Virus record (IMG/VR): IMGVR_UViG_3300038520_002914
Coordinates: 1-37,444 of that record
Length of the DNA: 37,444 bases
Reading direction: 5' to 3' (one strand)
From: a virus
Taxonomy: Duplodnaviria; Caudoviricetes
The notes under the pieces were generated by a model. The model was not told the DNA's origin. It saw nothing but the letters and a program-made list of their open reading frames with translations, and made no database searches. Below are positions 8,572-17,642 of this stretch, piece by piece (position 1 is the first letter of the stretch; every line of letters starts with the position of its first letter). Both the position numbers and the translations under genes were made by a program.

Positions 8572-9080
8572 AATTTTTTGTCGTAAGCATAATCTTTATT
8601 TGGACCATTTTGATTTACATAATGTAAAAACACCTGTGCCATACCCTCTCCTTTGTATACTCCTGGTCTACCATGAATTTGTTCACATCCTGCATAAAGT
8701 AAAGCATCTCCCTCCTCTAATTCTAAAATTTTGTCTTCTATGATTAATGGCCACTTATCATATTTTTTTATACAAGCAGTTATTGATACTTCACACGAAG
8801 GTCTATCAGTGTGTTTTTTTAATGTGCCACCAAAAACATAATATCTCCAGTAAGCATAAGTAGGATATAATTTTAGATTTGATTCTTCTTCAACAAGTTT
8901 AATCTTTTTGTAAAGTATACTAGTCATCAAAGGGTCATTGTACCAAGCTGGGGAGAAAGATTGTGGATCTATTTGAAAATCTTTATTTTGATCTAATTTA
9001 TTGTAACAATAGTTTTGATAAACATCGAGTTCATCTTTATTAAAAAATTCTTTAATAATTTTAAAATCTACTGTAGCCAT
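8568..9080 (-). CDS. 2OG-Fe(II) oxygenase-like protein
   Basis: LKKHTDRPSCEVS (HxD), GDALLYAG...HGR, QVFLHYV. Confidence 0.8.
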   Translation of the reverse strand: MATVDFKIIKEFFNKDELDVYQNYCYNKLDQNKDFQIDPQSFSPAWYNDPLMTSILYKKIKLVEEESNLKLYPTYAYWRYYVFGGTLKKHTDRPSCEVSITACIKKYDKWPLIIEDKILELEEGDALLYAGCEQIHGRPGVYKGEGMAQVFLHYVNQNGPNKDYAYDKKL

Positions 9081-9628
9081 GCAACTATACTATACCTTAT
9101 TCCTTTTGTTATTGGTTCAATTGTATGTGGGTACAAAAAATTACTTGGAAAAAAAATTATAGATCCTTTTTCAAGTTTAAATCTTTTAACTTCGTTTTTT
9201 TGTTGGTCTGTGAATACTAAATCACCACCCTCATAATCATCATTCAAATTTATTATTACACTTAAATGTCTTGTTGCACTACTATATTGATCTGTATGAA
9301 CTTCATATTTACCACCTGTTGAATATTTTAATAAATCAATTTGATTTATTTTTTGACTTGCCATCAATGGGAACTTAGCTTTGTATAAACCATAACATCT
9401 TGAAATTTCATTCTTTATAAAATTCCAATAAAACAAATTAGTAGGTGTTGAAAAATCTAATGAGTATCCTTTTACATTTCTGACTTTAGTATTTACTTCA
9501 CCGCCTGAACCCACATCACCAACTTTTAATTTAATTTTAGCTTTTTTATTTATCAAGGGTACAATTGTGTTAATAAATTTTACATCAACTAAATTCTTAA
9601 TTTCTACAATAGCTTCTGCGGTATCCAT
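9068..9628 (-). CDS. 2OG-Fe(II) oxygenase (P4H/PKHD-type)
   Basis: Start moved to ATG 9628 (TGATG overlap); YEVHTD, NDDYEGGDL, YPHTIEPITKGIRYSIV. Confidence 0.9.
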   Translation of the reverse strand: MDTAEAIVEIKNLVDVKFINTIVPLINKKAKIKLKVGDVGSGGEVNTKVRNVKGYSLDFSTPTNLFYWNFIKNEISRCYGLYKAKFPLMASQKINQIDLLKYSTGGKYEVHTDQYSSATRHLSVIINLNDDYEGGDLVFTDQQKNEVKRFKLEKGSIIFFPSNFLYPHTIEPITKGIRYSIVAWLQ

Positions 9629-10242
9629 CAAATTAATATCCAATTAGCTTTTGTAGCTTTAATTAAAACTAAATCGAAAGCTAAAGTTATTCTTAAAGAA
9701 GAAGCAGTATCTGTGTAATGTTCTATCCAGGAAGGGAACAAAGTTATTTTACCTGGTTTGTTTTCAGATACAAATACCGTGTCATTAAAAGGGTTTACAT
9801 AGTAAGTATTTGTTTTGTTCGTTTCAACACAAACGTGACCACTTAAATAAGATGATGCTTGTGTTTCATGTCGATGTCTTTTAATTTGTTCACCCTCTCT
9901 CATAACGTTTGCCCAACATTTACCATAAGTCTTATCAGGTAATGGAATCCGTAACTCTTCTAAAAAAGAAAAGTAATTATGTTTTATGTGATTTTTTAAA
10001 TATTTAGTTTCTTCTCTATCAAATAAATTAAATGACATGTGTCTACTGGTTAAGCTATTCTCACCTAATCCTGTCAAACCATCTCCTTGAGGTTCTGTTT
10101 TTTTAATTATGTCTTTCTCTATACTTAAGATGTAATCCTTAACATCTGCTGGGTTTATATTTAAAGTATTTTCATATATAAAATATCTATAAAATGGACT
10201 AAAGAAATTAGTAGGTTTTTCACTTTCATGAACGTATATCAT
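9628..10242 (-). CDS. Putative 2OG-Fe(II) oxygenase (HxH, TIGR02466-like)
   Basis: Start moved to ATG 10242 to avoid overlap with the divergent gene; WANV...RHRH, FPSWIEHY, RITLAFD. Confidence 0.8.
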   Translation of the reverse strand: MIYVHESEKPTNFFSPFYRYFIYENTLNINPADVKDYILSIEKDIIKKTEPQGDGLTGLGENSLTSRHMSFNLFDREETKYLKNHIKHNYFSFLEELRIPLPDKTYGKCWANVMREGEQIKRHRHETQASSYLSGHVCVETNKTNTYYVNPFNDTVFVSENKPGKITLFPSWIEHYTDTASSLRITLAFDLVLIKATKANWILI

Positions 10243-10314
10243 TTTTGTATCTTTATTGGTTTTATAAACTATAATGTATGATTTTAAAAGTATGAAAAAT
10301 AGGGAATAATATGC
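10243..10314. promoter_or_regulatory. Divergent promoter region of the oxygenase island
   Basis: Top strand TATAAT at 10270-10275; bottom strand TTCATA-17-TATAGT whose -10 (10268-10273) overlaps it. Confidence 0.5.
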
Positions 10315-10851
10315 ATGATTAAGATTGTTGATGATTTTTTTGAGAATACAATGTTGATAAACATTATGCATCATATAAAAACCAACTGTACCTTTACTCC
10401 AAGGTTTTTTGAAAATTACGATATTAGAGACCCTGTATTCAATCATAGTGAAGGTAACGAAAGCAGTCCACATTGGGGCGATAGATATGTATTATCAAGT
10501 GATAAAAAATTATTAGACACTTTCTTAAAACAAGCAGAAAAAAAATTTAATATAAAAATAAAAGATATAAATCCTGATTGTGGTATTGACTTGCGAAACA
10601 TGGAGTGGTTTCATCCTCATCAAGATTTTGCTAAGTTAAATCTACTTGTGATGTTAGAGGGACCTGTTGCTGTAACTAACGGCACTGTATTTTACACCAA
10701 AGGTGAGTTAGATATGCACATTGGCTTTAGACCAAATAGAGCAATATTGTTTCCTTCTATGATGTTTCATAGTCCACACAAAAGCCAAATTAAACATCAG
10801 AGAAGATATACTTGTTCAATATTTATATTAGATTATGAAGATAATAAATGA
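10315..10851 (+). CDS. 2OG-Fe(II) oxygenase-like protein
   Basis: IVDDFF N-terminus, PHQD (HxD), GTVFY, NRAILF...FHS, distal Arg. Confidence 0.75.
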   Translation: MIKIVDDFFENTMLINIMHHIKTNCTFTPRFFENYDIRDPVFNHSEGNESSPHWGDRYVLSSDKKLLDTFLKQAEKKFNIKIKDINPDCGIDLRNMEWFHPHQDFAKLNLLVMLEGPVAVTNGTVFYTKGELDMHIGFRPNRAILFPSMMFHSPHKSQIKHQRRYTCSIFILDYEDNK

Positions 10852-11381
10852 AGTTAGTTTATACAATACCTAATAAACTTTGGTGGATAAAAGATTTTTT
10901 AGATGATGATGTGTATAAAGGCATCCACGATGCGATCATAAAAGAAAGAAGCAAATTAAATTTAAAAACATCTGAGGGTGTTTGGGATGCAAGATTACAT
11001 AGAAACTTAAAAGCTCCAGATAGAGTTCAGGTATCTCAATATCCTCCTTTTGAACTATTAAAAGAAAAAGTTAGAAACAATGCTTTTTTTAAAATGCCTA
11101 TTGTCCAAGAGATGACTACAACAATTCACTACATGAAAAATAAATCAGGCATTAATTGGCACTCAGATAATTCATGGGAATATGGTGCAACATATTATAT
11201 TAACAGAAGATGGAACATACACTGGGGAGGTGAGTTTATGTTCGCTGATGATGCAGCTCATGGGTTTCTACCGATTACCGGAAACTCTTTAGTCATAGTA
11301 AAAGCCCCTTTAGATCACAAGGTAAACCCAGTATTAAGTCCTATAATGCCTAGAATATCTGTCCAAATGTTTATGAAGTGA
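10848..11381 (+). CDS. 2OG-Fe(II) oxygenase
   Basis: INWHSD (HxD), WGGEF, HKVNPV, RISV. Confidence 0.85.
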   Translation: MKLVYTIPNKLWWIKDFLDDDVYKGIHDAIIKERSKLNLKTSEGVWDARLHRNLKAPDRVQVSQYPPFELLKEKVRNNAFFKMPIVQEMTTTIHYMKNKSGINWHSDNSWEYGATYYINRRWNIHWGGEFMFADDAAHGFLPITGNSLVIVKAPLDHKVNPVLSPIMPRISVQMFMK

Positions 11382-11389
11382 GATAAATA

Positions 11390-11398
11390 TGCTATAAT
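11390..11398 (+). promoter_or_regulatory. Extended -10 promoter, probably leaderless
   Basis: TGCTATAAT followed 5 nt later by ATG 11404. Confidence 0.5.
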
Positions 11399-11403
11399 TC
11401 GGA

Positions 11404-13554
11404 ATGCCATTAACAAATGTACAAATAAGACCAGGATTTAACAAACAAGTCACTACTGTAGGAGCTGAAGGTCAGTGGGTTGATGGAGACAATGTAAGAT
11501 TTAGATACGGATTACCTGAAAAAATTGGTGGTTGGGAGCAGTTAACCGATAAAACTTTGATTGGTGCTGTAAGGCAACAGCATACTTATGCTGATCTAGA
11601 CGGAAATATTTATGCTGTCTTAGGTACTAATAGAACTTTAATTGTTTATTACGGTGGAGCTTTCTATGACATTACTCCCTTTGGCACTGCATTGACAGGA
11701 GCTACATTCACAACCGTTAATGCTAGCCCAACTGTAACTGTAAATAAAGTTAATCATGGATTTGCACCAGGAGATATTATTACTTTTGCATCTGTAACAC
11801 CTCCATCTGGAGCAGGATACACAGCTGCAAATTTTACAGACCAAGCGTTTGAGGTAATTTTAACTCCCACTATCGACACATTTACAATTACCATGGCAAC
11901 AAACGCTGGCACAAGCGTTTCTGCTAGCGGTTCAGCAACAATCAATCCTTACGTAAAGGTTGGACCATTAAGTCAAACTGGAGGATACGGATGGGGTACC
12001 TCAACTTATGGTGGTGCTTCTGGATTAACAAATACTCTTAACGGTTTGTTGCAAGACGACACTGCTGGAACAGGGGGTTCGGGAACAAGCATAACATTAA
12101 CCGACACCACTGGATTTCCATCTACGGGAACAATAAAGGTAGGAGCAGAATTTATTTCATACACTGGTATATCCTCAAATGATTTAACAGGTATAACAAG
12201 AGATGTAGCAGGAACGAGATCTGCGCATGCAAGCGGAGCTTCAGTTGAATATTTTATTGGATGGGGACAACAGTCTTTAACAACAAACGTTACTCTAGAG
12301 CCTGCAGGTTGGTCTCTTAGTAATTTTGGACAAACTCTAATTGCTACAGTAAAAAATGGTAGCACCTTTTCATGGAACCCTATTGCAGCTGATCCAGATG
12401 CTTTGAACACCAGAGCAACAATAGTCTCTGGAGCACCAACTGCATCCATTATGTCAATAGTATCCGAAAGAGACAGACACTTATTTATGCTAGGAACAGA
12501 AACAACAATTGGTACGTTTGGCACGCAAGATAAAATGTTTATAAGATTTTCAGATCAAGAGGATATTTCTTCATATACACCAACATCAATTAATACTGCG
12601 GGAACGTTAAGGTTAGACTCGGGTACAAAAATTGTAGGAGCTGTTCCAGGTAAAGATTACATAATAATATTAACAAACACCTCTGCTTATCTTGTGCAAT
12701 TTGTAGGACCGCCTTTTACCTTTTCTATTACACAAGTCGGATCTAATTGTGGAGCTATTGGTCAAAACTCAATGAGATATGTTGATGGTAAAGTGTATTG
12801 GATGGGTATAGCAGGAGGCTTCTTTTTATATGATGGTACTGTTAAAAGCTTACCTTGTTTAGTAGAAGATTTTGTTTTCACAAACAAAGGAGATAACTTA
12901 GGCATAAATTATACCAGCGGTGAATTAGTATATGCTGGTCTTAATACTTTGTATTCAGAAGTAAATTGGTTTTATCCAAAAGATGGATCTAGTGTAGTTG
13001 ATAGGGTTGTTACATATAACTACGATGAAAACACTTGGACGACAGGGACATTAGCAAGATCTACTTGGGTAAATTCTAGTTTATTTTCAGTACCATATGC
13101 TACAGAATACAGTGCAACGGGCACCGGAACTTTTCCAACAGTTCAAGGTGTTTCAAGTGCTAACGGGTCATCAATTTACTACGCACATGAAGTTGGTAAT
13201 AATCAGGTGGATTCTGCTGGTAATAAAACAGCTATAACATCATTTATACAATCAGGTTCTTTTGATCTAGATATTGAAGGTAATGGACAATTTTTTATGT
13301 CGATGAGAAGATTTGTTCCTGATTTTAAATTAATATCTGGCAATGCACAAATTACAATAAATCTATCAGACTTTCCAACGGACACCGCAACCTCATCACC
13401 TTTAGGGCCATTTACAATTAATAGCACCACTGATAAAGTAGATACCCGTGCCAGATCTAGATTTGCAAGTTTGAAAGTAGCAAATACATCAGTAGATGAA
13501 AGTTGGAGATATGGTACTTTTAGAGCAGACATACAACCTGACGGACAAAGATAA
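11404..13554 (+). CDS. Tail tubular B / DNA stabilisation protein (P22 gp10, T7 gp12-like)
   Basis: 716 aa beta-rich; WVDGDNVRFRYG.PEKIGGW, IRFSDQED, GSNCGAIG, EVNWFYP patterns; position before ejection-type genes. Confidence 0.7.
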   Translation: MPLTNVQIRPGFNKQVTTVGAEGQWVDGDNVRFRYGLPEKIGGWEQLTDKTLIGAVRQQHTYADLDGNIYAVLGTNRTLIVYYGGAFYDITPFGTALTGATFTTVNASPTVTVNKVNHGFAPGDIITFASVTPPSGAGYTAANFTDQAFEVILTPTIDTFTITMATNAGTSVSASGSATINPYVKVGPLSQTGGYGWGTSTYGGASGLTNTLNGLLQDDTAGTGGSGTSITLTDTTGFPSTGTIKVGAEFISYTGISSNDLTGITRDVAGTRSAHASGASVEYFIGWGQQSLTTNVTLEPAGWSLSNFGQTLIATVKNGSTFSWNPIAADPDALNTRATIVSGAPTASIMSIVSERDRHLFMLGTETTIGTFGTQDKMFIRFSDQEDISSYTPTSINTAGTLRLDSGTKIVGAVPGKDYIIILTNTSAYLVQFVGPPFTFSITQVGSNCGAIGQNSMRYVDGKVYWMGIAGGFFLYDGTVKSLPCLVEDFVFTNKGDNLGINYTSGELVYAGLNTLYSEVNWFYPKDGSSVVDRVVTYNYDENTWTTGTLARSTWVNSSLFSVPYATEYSATGTGTFPTVQGVSSANGSSIYYAHEVGNNQVDSAGNKTAITSFIQSGSFDLDIEGNGQFFMSMRRFVPDFKLISGNAQITINLSDFPTDTATSSPLGPFTINSTTDKVDTRARSRFASLKVANTSVDESWRYGTFRADIQPDGQR

Positions 13555-14378
13555 TGATTAATGTAATGAACAGAGACGGTTTAATATCAACTTCAGGCAC
13601 TAGTGATTTATCAAGACTTTTACAAGAACAACAAATGCAATCTGAGGGTTTAGTGCCAAGAGACATGAGTTTATTTACACAAAGATTCGATCAAACTGCT
13701 CCAATAGAAACTACAGGTATCGCTCCAGTCTATAATAACAATCTTACTAATCAGATAGTTACAACTAGTAAAGATATAGTTAAAAACAAAATATTTAATA
13801 AGTTAACGAATTTTAAACCACCATCTCTTATGATGTTTGAAGCTATTATGCCTGAGAGAGATCCAAGAGTAGATCAAACAAGAGACTATTATGATAAAGC
13901 TTATGGGCTAGATGATATTGGTCGTATTCAAGAAGGCCAACTAATGGCTGGTTATAGTCCAATATCTGGAGGTGGATTGTATACACTGACAGGCGGTAAG
14001 TTTGGTAGTCCACCAACACTTGGTTTAAACAAAGCTTATCAAAAAAGAATAGATACAATTGTAAACAAAGGTATACCTAGATTAGAAAAAGCTGGTAAGA
14101 GCACTAAAAATTTAAAAGAAAGACTAGAACAACTAAAACAATTACAAGCTTTAGATAACGCAGCGATTCAAGGAATCAATTTAGCAAATGCTACTGCCAT
14201 ACAAAAAGGTACAATGCGAGATTTTCAAAAAGGTAAGATGGATACTGTATCTTCGATGCCTGCTCAACAAGATGCAGCTAGAGTTAATATACAAAGGACT
14301 ACAACTGGTGGTGCAGGAATAAGTGGAAACCAAAGCACAGGAACGTCCGCTGAAAGAGGAGCTGCGCTTCATGGCTAA
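13554..14378 (+). CDS. Hypothetical protein, possibly virion-internal
   Basis: TAATG coupling; 274 aa with helical segment and Gly-rich tail. Confidence 0.65.
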   Translation: MINVMNRDGLISTSGTSDLSRLLQEQQMQSEGLVPRDMSLFTQRFDQTAPIETTGIAPVYNNNLTNQIVTTSKDIVKNKIFNKLTNFKPPSLMMFEAIMPERDPRVDQTRDYYDKAYGLDDIGRIQEGQLMAGYSPISGGGLYTLTGGKFGSPPTLGLNKAYQKRIDTIVNKGIPRLEKAGKSTKNLKERLEQLKQLQALDNAAIQGINLANATAIQKGTMRDFQKGKMDTVSSMPAQQDAARVNIQRTTTGGAGISGNQSTGTSAERGAALHG

Positions 14379-14535
14379 AATTAATATTTATATTCCTGAA
14401 CCAAAAGAAAATTATGAACCATCTAATTTAAGACAGATCATAGAAGCATTAACAACTTTAAAGACACAACTAAATTTTTCTTTTCAGTTTGATCTCAAAG
14501 AAGAGCAAGATAGTTTTAATTGGTTTATATCATGA
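14371..14535 (+). CDS. Small hypothetical protein
   Basis: Start moved to ATG 14371 (GAGGAG RBS); MAKINIYIPEPK...; ATGA overlap downstream. Confidence 0.65.
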   Translation: MAKINIYIPEPKENYEPSNLRQIIEALTTLKTQLNFSFQFDLKEEQDSFNWFIS

Positions 14536-14873
14536 CAATACAGTACAAAAATCAAGGTATTAATTTAAATTCTACTGGCACAATAAGTGTTTTAACTTGT
14601 CCCTCAAATGCAACCATACTTATAAAACAAATACAAATTAACAATGGGTCTGGAAGTGCAGTAAATTTAAATGTGCAAGTTACTGATTCATCTGCCAGCG
14701 CAAGTTTTAGAATTTTTAACGAGGCAGTCACAGGTGCTGCAACTAAAGATATAATAAATTATACATTGGTACTTGAAGCTAGCGATATTTTAAAAATGAC
14801 AGCAGGCACTGCAGATGAAATCCAAGGGATCATATCTTATGCATTGTTAGATAGATCACAACAAAATGGATAA
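14532..14873 (+). CDS. Small beta-sandwich-like virion protein
   Basis: Start moved to ATG 14532 (ATGA overlap); LVLEASDILK motif. Confidence 0.65.
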   Translation: MTIQYKNQGINLNSTGTISVLTCPSNATILIKQIQINNGSGSAVNLNVQVTDSSASASFRIFNEAVTGAATKDIINYTLVLEASDILKMTAGTADEIQGIISYALLDRSQQNG

Positions 14874-15462
14874 AAGGATAGATTATAATTTTTTTCATTG
14901 GGGTCCTTTTTTATATAAAGCGACTTTAACAAAAGAAGAAATTAAAAAAATAAGTAGTTTATGTAGTAAAAACAATGAAGATTATAGAAAGCAATTAGCA
15001 GGAATAATAAAACATGAACATAAAATAGATCCCATAGCACTGTTTCCAACTATCGCTCCTTATTTTCAAAGTTATCTACAAGCATATTATCAACACTATG
15101 GTACCGATAAAAATTATGGTAATAAAATTGAACTTGTATCTAGTTGGGTTAATTATATGACAAAGGGTGAGTCTAACCCTTTGCATAGACATGATAGCGA
15201 TATATCATTTGTATTATTTACACAAATTCCAAAAGGTTTATTAAAAGAATTTGAGAGCCACGTTGGTAACACAAAACCAGGTAATATAAATTTTATATAT
15301 AGTTTAAATGATGGCAAGTTTTTACTTAATGAACATTCTTTTTTTCCTGTGGTTGGAGACTTATTTGTATTTCCAGCGTGCTTAGCTCACTATGTAAACC
15401 CTTTTAAATGTGAGGGAGAAAGAATATCTGTGTCTGGTAACATAAAGGTGACTCATGGCTAA
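14866..15462 (+). CDS. Putative 2OG-Fe(II) oxygenase (HxH, TIGR02466-like)
   Basis: WVNYMTKGESNPLHRHD, FPACLAHYV, RISVSGN. Confidence 0.85.
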   Translation: MDKRIDYNFFHWGPFLYKATLTKEEIKKISSLCSKNNEDYRKQLAGIIKHEHKIDPIALFPTIAPYFQSYLQAYYQHYGTDKNYGNKIELVSSWVNYMTKGESNPLHRHDSDISFVLFTQIPKGLLKEFESHVGNTKPGNINFIYSLNDGKFLLNEHSFFPVVGDLFVFPACLAHYVNPFKCEGERISVSGNIKVTHG

Positions 15463-15583
15463 AAAAAGATTTGTTAATTTTGTACCAAGACCAAAACCAA
15501 GGAAAAGACCAGGTAGGCATAAAAAAAGACTTTCAAAAAATGAAAAAAGAGATTATAAGAAATACAACAGACAAGGACGATAA
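15455..15583 (+). CDS. 42-aa Pro/Arg/Lys-rich peptide (absent from ORF track)
   Basis: AAGGTG RBS; MAKKRFVNFVPRPKPRKRPGRHKKRLSKNEKRDYKKYNRQGR; fills the gap between 15462 and 15586. Confidence 0.7.
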   Translation: MAKKRFVNFVPRPKPRKRPGRHKKRLSKNEKRDYKKYNRQGR

Positions 15584-15585
15584 TT

Positions 15586-15786
15586 ATGAGCGATGATTTG
15601 CCAAGAATACCAGCAGAGGCTAAGGAAGTTATCAAGCATAAAAAGACAGGTAAGGTTTACGAATCTAAAGCTGCTTTTGATGCTGATGTAGCGGATCCAA
15701 ATACAGATACCACTGCAGATGACTTTTCTCAACATGTAGAAATTACAGTTGCAAAACTTACTCTGTTTGGTAGTACAAAAGACTAA
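15586..15786 (+). CDS. Small hypothetical protein
   Basis: AAGGA RBS; TAATG coupling to the glycosyltransferase. Confidence 0.7.
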   Translation: MSDDLPRIPAEAKEVIKHKKTGKVYESKAAFDADVADPNTDTTADDFSQHVEITVAKLTLFGSTKD

Positions 15787-16727
15787 TGCAACCAAGAGGT
15801 GGAACTGAATTACAACTTGAAATGTTGTATAAGTATTGTGATAATGCACTGTTAGATCAAGTTCAAATATGTACTTCCATACCTTACAAAGTGCCTTTAG
15901 ACCCAAATAAATTAAATATATTGTGGCAGAAGAATTCTTACGATCAACCTAATCTTTACGATTTTTTTAGCAACCCGATTAATCACAACAAATATGATTG
16001 GTATGTATTTAATTCACATTGGAATTACGAGAAGTTTAGACACTACTATAAAATACCGACTGAAAAAAGCATGGTAATTAAAAATGGTTGTTATCATTTT
16101 CCACAAAGAAAAATTTATAAAAAAGGTGATCCAATAAAATTAATATATCATTCGACTCCATGGAGAGGATTAAGTGTAATTTTAGGTGCCATGCAATATG
16201 TAAAAAATCCAAATGTAACTTTAGATGTATATTCAAGTACAAAGATTTATGGTGAAGAGTTTCATAAAGAAAACGATCATTTATATAAACCATTATTTGA
16301 TCAAGCTGAATATTTAAAAAACGTTAACTATATGGGTTACAAGCCACACGAATATATTTTAGAAAGAATTACAGATTATCAAATGTGGACTCATCCAAGT
16401 GTTTTTGAAGAAACATTTGGTATAGGTGCATTAGAAGCAATGAGTTCAGGTTTATATTTAATTACAACTAATTACGGAGCTTTGTTTGAAACATGTTCTG
16501 AATGGCCTATATATGTTAATTACACAAATAACTTAGAAGCTTTAGCTCAAAGATTCGCACACGCAATAGATATGGCATGTGAAACTTTACATCAAAATTA
16601 TATTCAAGAACATATTGAAGAACAACAGAAATTTGCTAAAAGATTTTATTCGTGGGAAAAGAAAGGGAAAGAATGGGAGGCATTTTTGAAAGGAGCTTTA
16701 CATGAGCGACAACCCACAGGGCTATGA
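15786..16727 (+). CDS. GT-B fold glycosyltransferase (GT4-like)
   Basis: RGGTE N-terminal loop, STPWRGL, EETFGIGALEAM (Ex7E), TTNYGAL. Confidence 0.9.
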   Translation: MQPRGGTELQLEMLYKYCDNALLDQVQICTSIPYKVPLDPNKLNILWQKNSYDQPNLYDFFSNPINHNKYDWYVFNSHWNYEKFRHYYKIPTEKSMVIKNGCYHFPQRKIYKKGDPIKLIYHSTPWRGLSVILGAMQYVKNPNVTLDVYSSTKIYGEEFHKENDHLYKPLFDQAEYLKNVNYMGYKPHEYILERITDYQMWTHPSVFEETFGIGALEAMSSGLYLITTNYGALFETCSEWPIYVNYTNNLEALAQRFAHAIDMACETLHQNYIQEHIEEQQKFAKRFYSWEKKGKEWEAFLKGALHERQPTGL

Positions 16728-17598
16728 TCACGAGGCAGTAAGAAGACCAATTTGGAAAGAGAAACCTGAAGAACAGCCTAAAGTATATACAAACGAGGAT
16801 ACATATCAAACTATAAAAGAAGTAAGAAGCACAACAAAACAAAATGGTGATTTCCATTTGTTTGTGGCTACACCATGTCATTCAGAAGTTTCTATGCATT
16901 ATGTTAATGCTATTATTAGTTTAACAAAAGCATGTCATAATAGAAATATACCGATTGAGTTTTCTTTAATAAAATCATCTTTGGTTACACAAGGCCGTAA
17001 TTTATGTGTCTCAGCTTTTTTAGATTCTAAGGCCTCACATTTAATTTTTATAGATTCTGACATATTTATAAATTCGTCTACCATATTTAAAATGGTAAAG
17101 GCAGATAAAGATGTAATTTCTGTACCTTATCCTTTGAAGGCTTTTTTATGGGACAAATCATTACAACAAGTCAAAGATGGATTAATTAAAACACCTGAAG
17201 AATTAGCACAAGCTGGTAACACTTATCCAATGAGAGTTCCTGACAAAAAAGATATTCAAATAAATAATGGTGTCATAGAGGTCACTCATAGCCCAACTGG
17301 TGCTATGTTAATTAAGAGGTCAGTTTTTGAAAAATTGATAAAGGCGTACCCTCAAAAAGAAATAATACAAAACACCGTTATAAACAGCAAATTAGTTGCA
17401 AAAAAGAATATGTGGAACTTTTTTGATACCATACATGATCCAGTGGATAAGTCGTATCTTGGAGAGGATTTTGGCTTTTGTAGGCTTTGGAAAGACATTG
17501 GAGGTAAATGTCATGCCTATGTGTTGGATGAAATCACCCATGTGGGAGAGCATCAATATACGGGTAAATTTGCTGATGAGTTGATAAAGATTAAGTAA
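16702..17598 (+). CDS. GT-A fold glycosyltransferase (GT2-like)
   Basis: VATPCH, SLVTQGRN, FIDSD (DxD), TGAMLIKRSVF, GEDFGFC, THVG. Confidence 0.8.
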   Translation: MSDNPQGYDHEAVRRPIWKEKPEEQPKVYTNEDTYQTIKEVRSTTKQNGDFHLFVATPCHSEVSMHYVNAIISLTKACHNRNIPIEFSLIKSSLVTQGRNLCVSAFLDSKASHLIFIDSDIFINSSTIFKMVKADKDVISVPYPLKAFLWDKSLQQVKDGLIKTPEELAQAGNTYPMRVPDKKDIQINNGVIEVTHSPTGAMLIKRSVFEKLIKAYPQKEIIQNTVINSKLVAKKNMWNFFDTIHDPVDKSYLGEDFGFCRLWKDIGGKCHAYVLDEITHVGEHQYTGKFADELIKIK

Positions 17599-17642
17599 AA
17601 TGGTATCATTACAAACTTAGATCTAAAAGGAGAATTTTTTAT

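Noticed and set aside
7403-10242. Invertible (phase-variable) cassette
   Set aside because: No flanking inverted repeats spotted by eye and no recombinase in the window.
10243-10473. 77-aa N-terminal extension of the 9628..10473 ORF
   Set aside because: Overlaps the divergent oxygenase and promoter region; ATG 10242 gives a normal-sized protein.
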